DNA of 64,000 nt from Lingula anatina. Lineage: Eukaryota; Animalia; Brachiopoda. Below, piece by piece: positions 60,609-64,000 of the stretch. Location of the stretch: NCBI GenBank assembly GCA_051362555.1, contig CM120641.1, positions 992,001 to 1,056,000 on the forward strand, written 5' to 3'. Position numbers and translations under genes: made by a program. Position 1 is the stretch's first letter. Each line of letters starts with the position of its first letter. The notes beneath the pieces are model-generated. The model was given only the letters and a program-made list of their open reading frames with translations, had not been told where the DNA came from and ran no database searches.

Positions 60609-63532
60609 TCAGGTGTGCAGATCTTTTCCCAATGGTTCAGAAGACTTTCTTTTTCTGGTACCTTCTCGTTCATTTGGCTGTAGCCTCTTTGATAACATGT
60701 CTAAAAGTACTTCGAAGAAGTTGTCTACTCCATCGTAACCTGCAAAAAGATACCATGATATCAATTTATCTCAATGCAATATGTAGGATTAAGCAGAAGC
60801 TAAAGTATTAGTTGAATTCTCCAACAAACAAGGACAATTTATTATTTATGGGGTGGAGTTAGAAATAAAAACAGCCTTTTTGGTAAAAAAAAAAAACCTA
60901 CACGATTAATCAGAATTTGATCTAGAATTGATCTAGGTTCTGCATGGACTGAAATGAGCCTCTTCTTAAACATTGTAGAGATAGATCCAAGATTTTCAGG
61001 GTCGGGAGGAGGAGTAAAATTTCTCATGATAATACTCATGGAGGTCTCTTAGAAGCCATACTGTTGCAGTACCGTACTATTAATTTAATAATAATATTAA
61101 TGACAGAAGTATGTAGTGAGAATCATGTAATGAGCACCTGGAAATGAATTGATGTCTATCACTGCATATCTTCCAGTTGTTTTCTCTATGATCAGGTCAA
61201 TTCCTAACAGTTCTAGTTTGAGAGAGCTGCGCAGTGCAGTCACCATCTTGCGCACCTTGTCTAGATCTGGAGACAGCAGCACAGTTTTATCACTGGGTTC
61301 TTCTTCCTTCAGATCCAACTAAAAATACACAGAAAACAATTGACTTTGGCTGATGCACATACATCTCCTACAAATGATACACATGTTAAATGCAAACAAA
61401 AGTGGGGGATTTTCAAAATTTCATTTTTTTAAAAAATTTATTTCAATACCCTTTTATAAACATTCACACATTAATGTAAATATGAGGTGTGCTAAGAATT
61501 TAAGCAACCATTCAGCTCTAGACTAGGCCATCTTCTGTTTGAAAAAGCCTTACAAATGATGACTGGATGGTTTGCTGGCTAATCGCTTGGTTCTCAGTCA
61601 AAAATTAATTTCCCAGTAATTTCAGATTATTGTGTTTGCAAAATTTTTAGGAAAGAAGACAGAATATGAAGAATCATTTTCACCTTTACACAAACCATTA
61701 CTGAAATAATTAGAGGCCCATCTGAGTCACTTACCTTGTTTAAATGCGAGTTTGAGTTGGGCTTAGACACTCCATAACTGTCAAAAAACACAGTAGATTC
61801 TTTGCTACCTGGAAGAAATATCTTCTCTCATACAAATGTTTCTTGACTCACAAAAGATGCAGAATGTTTGAGTATATCCTTTCAGTATATCTATAAGCTT
61901 TAAGATTACACACAAACGCCTTTGATTACATTATGAATTTTGATAAATCAGTGAACCCTTTAATACATAAACATGCAATATTGTAAAATGTCAATTCAGT
62001 GCACATACACTCAACTGAAACAACTTTTTTTCTAGAAAATAAGTTCCAATCCTGTGTTTTTCATATAAAAAGACACTAGTACAGTGATCTATCCCATTCC
62101 TCAAGTACATGGACCTAGAAATTGTGTTTCCTATAATTAAGTATTTTTATTCAGGGTTTCAAAACAACTTTAGCTGGCTGGCTGCTTTAGCCACTTTAGG
62201 CAACTTGATAAATTCAAGAAGGTAATCAATCACCTTGTTCTGGGGCCCCTGAATTAAGAAAACAATTCAATAGAAAAACAATTTCTAGGCTCTGAAAACT
62301 TTGATTCAAGAAAAACAGCATGCTTGTAATGCAGTAAACAAAACCCCATAAGAAATCAATAAAGAGGTTTGAACATACCTCCCTGTTTAAAATTTTTAAG
62401 AGATGGGCGCTTCACCACTTGGATATGGTCCCCTATTATATACACTTTATACAAGACAGCGTCGTGATTTGTAAAACTCTGGGCTACACATGGAGGCGGG
62501 AGGTCACGTAGGCCATCTTCATTGAATACAACTGCAAGCTACAGACAATAATGTTACAATTTATACAATTTATTACAATTTATATTAAAATTATAGCTTA
62601 AAAACTTAATGAATCAACAAGTGTATAATTGTACACAAGTGCATAAGTGTTACAGGTAAGAAAATCAAATTATTAATCAATTAAACAGACAAACCCTTCA
62701 GCTGTACCCATTATAATTTTTTTCATTAAAATCCTATTCAGACTAACTCTAGTAAAAAGACATTCTGTTTCCATCCCCCAATGTACAAGAGTTAAGCAGT
62801 CAAGTGAAGTGCAGAAACTTTGTCTGGCAGACATTAAATGAAGAGCAATCCCCCCACATTGTACTTACATGATGACACTCTGCAGAACCATGAGCTGCAG
62901 CAGGTTTATATACTGAAATAGAATTTTAAAAACTTGTAGTCAGAATAAACTTTAAATAGAAAACAAATCCAAGTGCACAAGAGAATAACTATTGCTAATC
63001 CTTAACTATTATATAAGCAACAAACATATTTGATAATTTGACATATGATCAGCAGAGGAAAATCCAGACATTCCTCACTTCTGGAAGCACTTTCCTAAAA
63101 TTCTTACAAGCAGTTAAATGATGTGGCTGATGTATAATGATCTATGGAGAAATGTTAAGATATTGCTCCTATTTAGTTTTGAAAACAGTGACCATTTAGA
63201 AAAGGTTCAAATGATAAGCTACAGGTTCACTGGATATAACTAAAAACTTGTAATGAAAATAATTAAATTGCTTTGATTTTTAATTACACACAGTCTATGC
63301 AAAAAGCAATTTACATCTGTTTTGGATTATAAACCAATATAAACAAAGGCTACACTGAAATAAGTGGGTGAAGGATATGCCATTGTCTTGCACATACAAC
63401 AGTGTAAAACAGTGTATGTATCAAAATACTCACTAAAAGGGAATGTTATTCCTGCTTGCTCAATTAGCTTCTTGTTACTTGACACATCTGTGTTTGTGAG
63501 TTCAACAAAATTTGGTATAAAATACTGATCAT
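60609..63532 (-). CDS. ITPK1: Inositol-tetrakisphosphate 1-kinase, 3' part (5' exons lie beyond the window); exons 63532-63434, 62912-62869, 62538-62379, 61808-61735, 61318-61138, 60739-60609
   Basis: In-phase exons: ITFPFIYKPAAAHGSAECHHLAVVFNEDGLRDLPPPCVAQSFTNHDAVLYKVYIIGD...RPSLKNF...FDSYGVSK...LLGIDLII...RYAVIDINSFPGYDGV, the ITPK1 ATP-grasp signature. Confidence 0.96.
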
Positions 63533-63636
63533 CTGAAAATAATAAAAAATTTAATAAAATATTTCAGTTTGTAACTTAAAACATTAAAATTTCAAAGCTT
63601 TGTTGGATAAAAAAGTAAAATTCACAGACAGACAGG

Positions 63637-63641
63637 GAGAG

Positions 63642-63679
<38 letters not shown>
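63637..63679. repeat. (GA)n microsatellite in an ITPK1 intron
   Basis: Direct read. Confidence 0.95.
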
Positions 63680-63682
<3 letters not shown>

Positions 63683-63826
63683 ATGGTTGGAACTGCAAGA
63701 GAATTTGCTTCAACGTGTTCATGCAAAATCCCATGACCAACTGAGATGGGTGCCAGGAAGCTTAAGAAACATCTACCCAACAAAACTGGAAACACAACCA
63801 GAGTTACCATTATGTTCAAAGACTTA

Positions 63827-64000
63827 AGTACCCTTTACACTGGACGGCATCCTTTCTGTATCCCGTAGTACAGTTCCATTTCCATACTTTACTTGCCAAC
63901 AACTGGCTGGTCACTGAGCATTCATTCTGCAACCAAAGAGATGTTTCTGCCTTTTTTCTATGACCACAGCTATGCCAGTTTCGTGGTCTCACAAAGGATT
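63827..64000. mobile_element. Harbinger-type MITE, same family as 27695-27902 (runs off the window)
   Basis: TTA|AGTACCCTTTACACTGGACGGCATCCTTTCTG and colinear internal sequence. Confidence 0.75.

Noticed and set aside
63600-63827. ORFs with ERERER / SLSLSL
   Set aside because: Translation of the (GA)n microsatellite in an ITPK1 intron.

Overview
AT-rich, intron-containing animal (probably mollusc/lophotrochozoan) genomic DNA. Host genes: Pax1/9 (-) with a ~13 kb gene-free upstream region, GON7 (-), C14orf119/DUF4508 (+), SYNJ2BP (+), C19orf47 (-), a divergent 4-exon profilin-like gene (+) that the ORF track misses, and the 3' half of ITPK1 (-). Two Helentron-type non-autonomous elements carrying tandem arrays lie tail-to-tail at 16.8-21.9 kb. 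From ~37.9 to 57 kb there is a nested patchwork of transposon fragments, all on the minus strand. Its centre is a young, structurally complete 9.9 kb Gypsy LTR retrotransposon (39591-49517; 219-bp LTRs, AATG TSD) with unusual cargo: a helix-hairpin-helix-like Gag N-terminus, an integrase ending in a PHF8/BPTF-type PHD finger, and an intact 800-aa third ORF in the env position that ends in a TatD-family nuclease with all metal-ligand motifs present. Family calls are from remembered motifs, not database searches.
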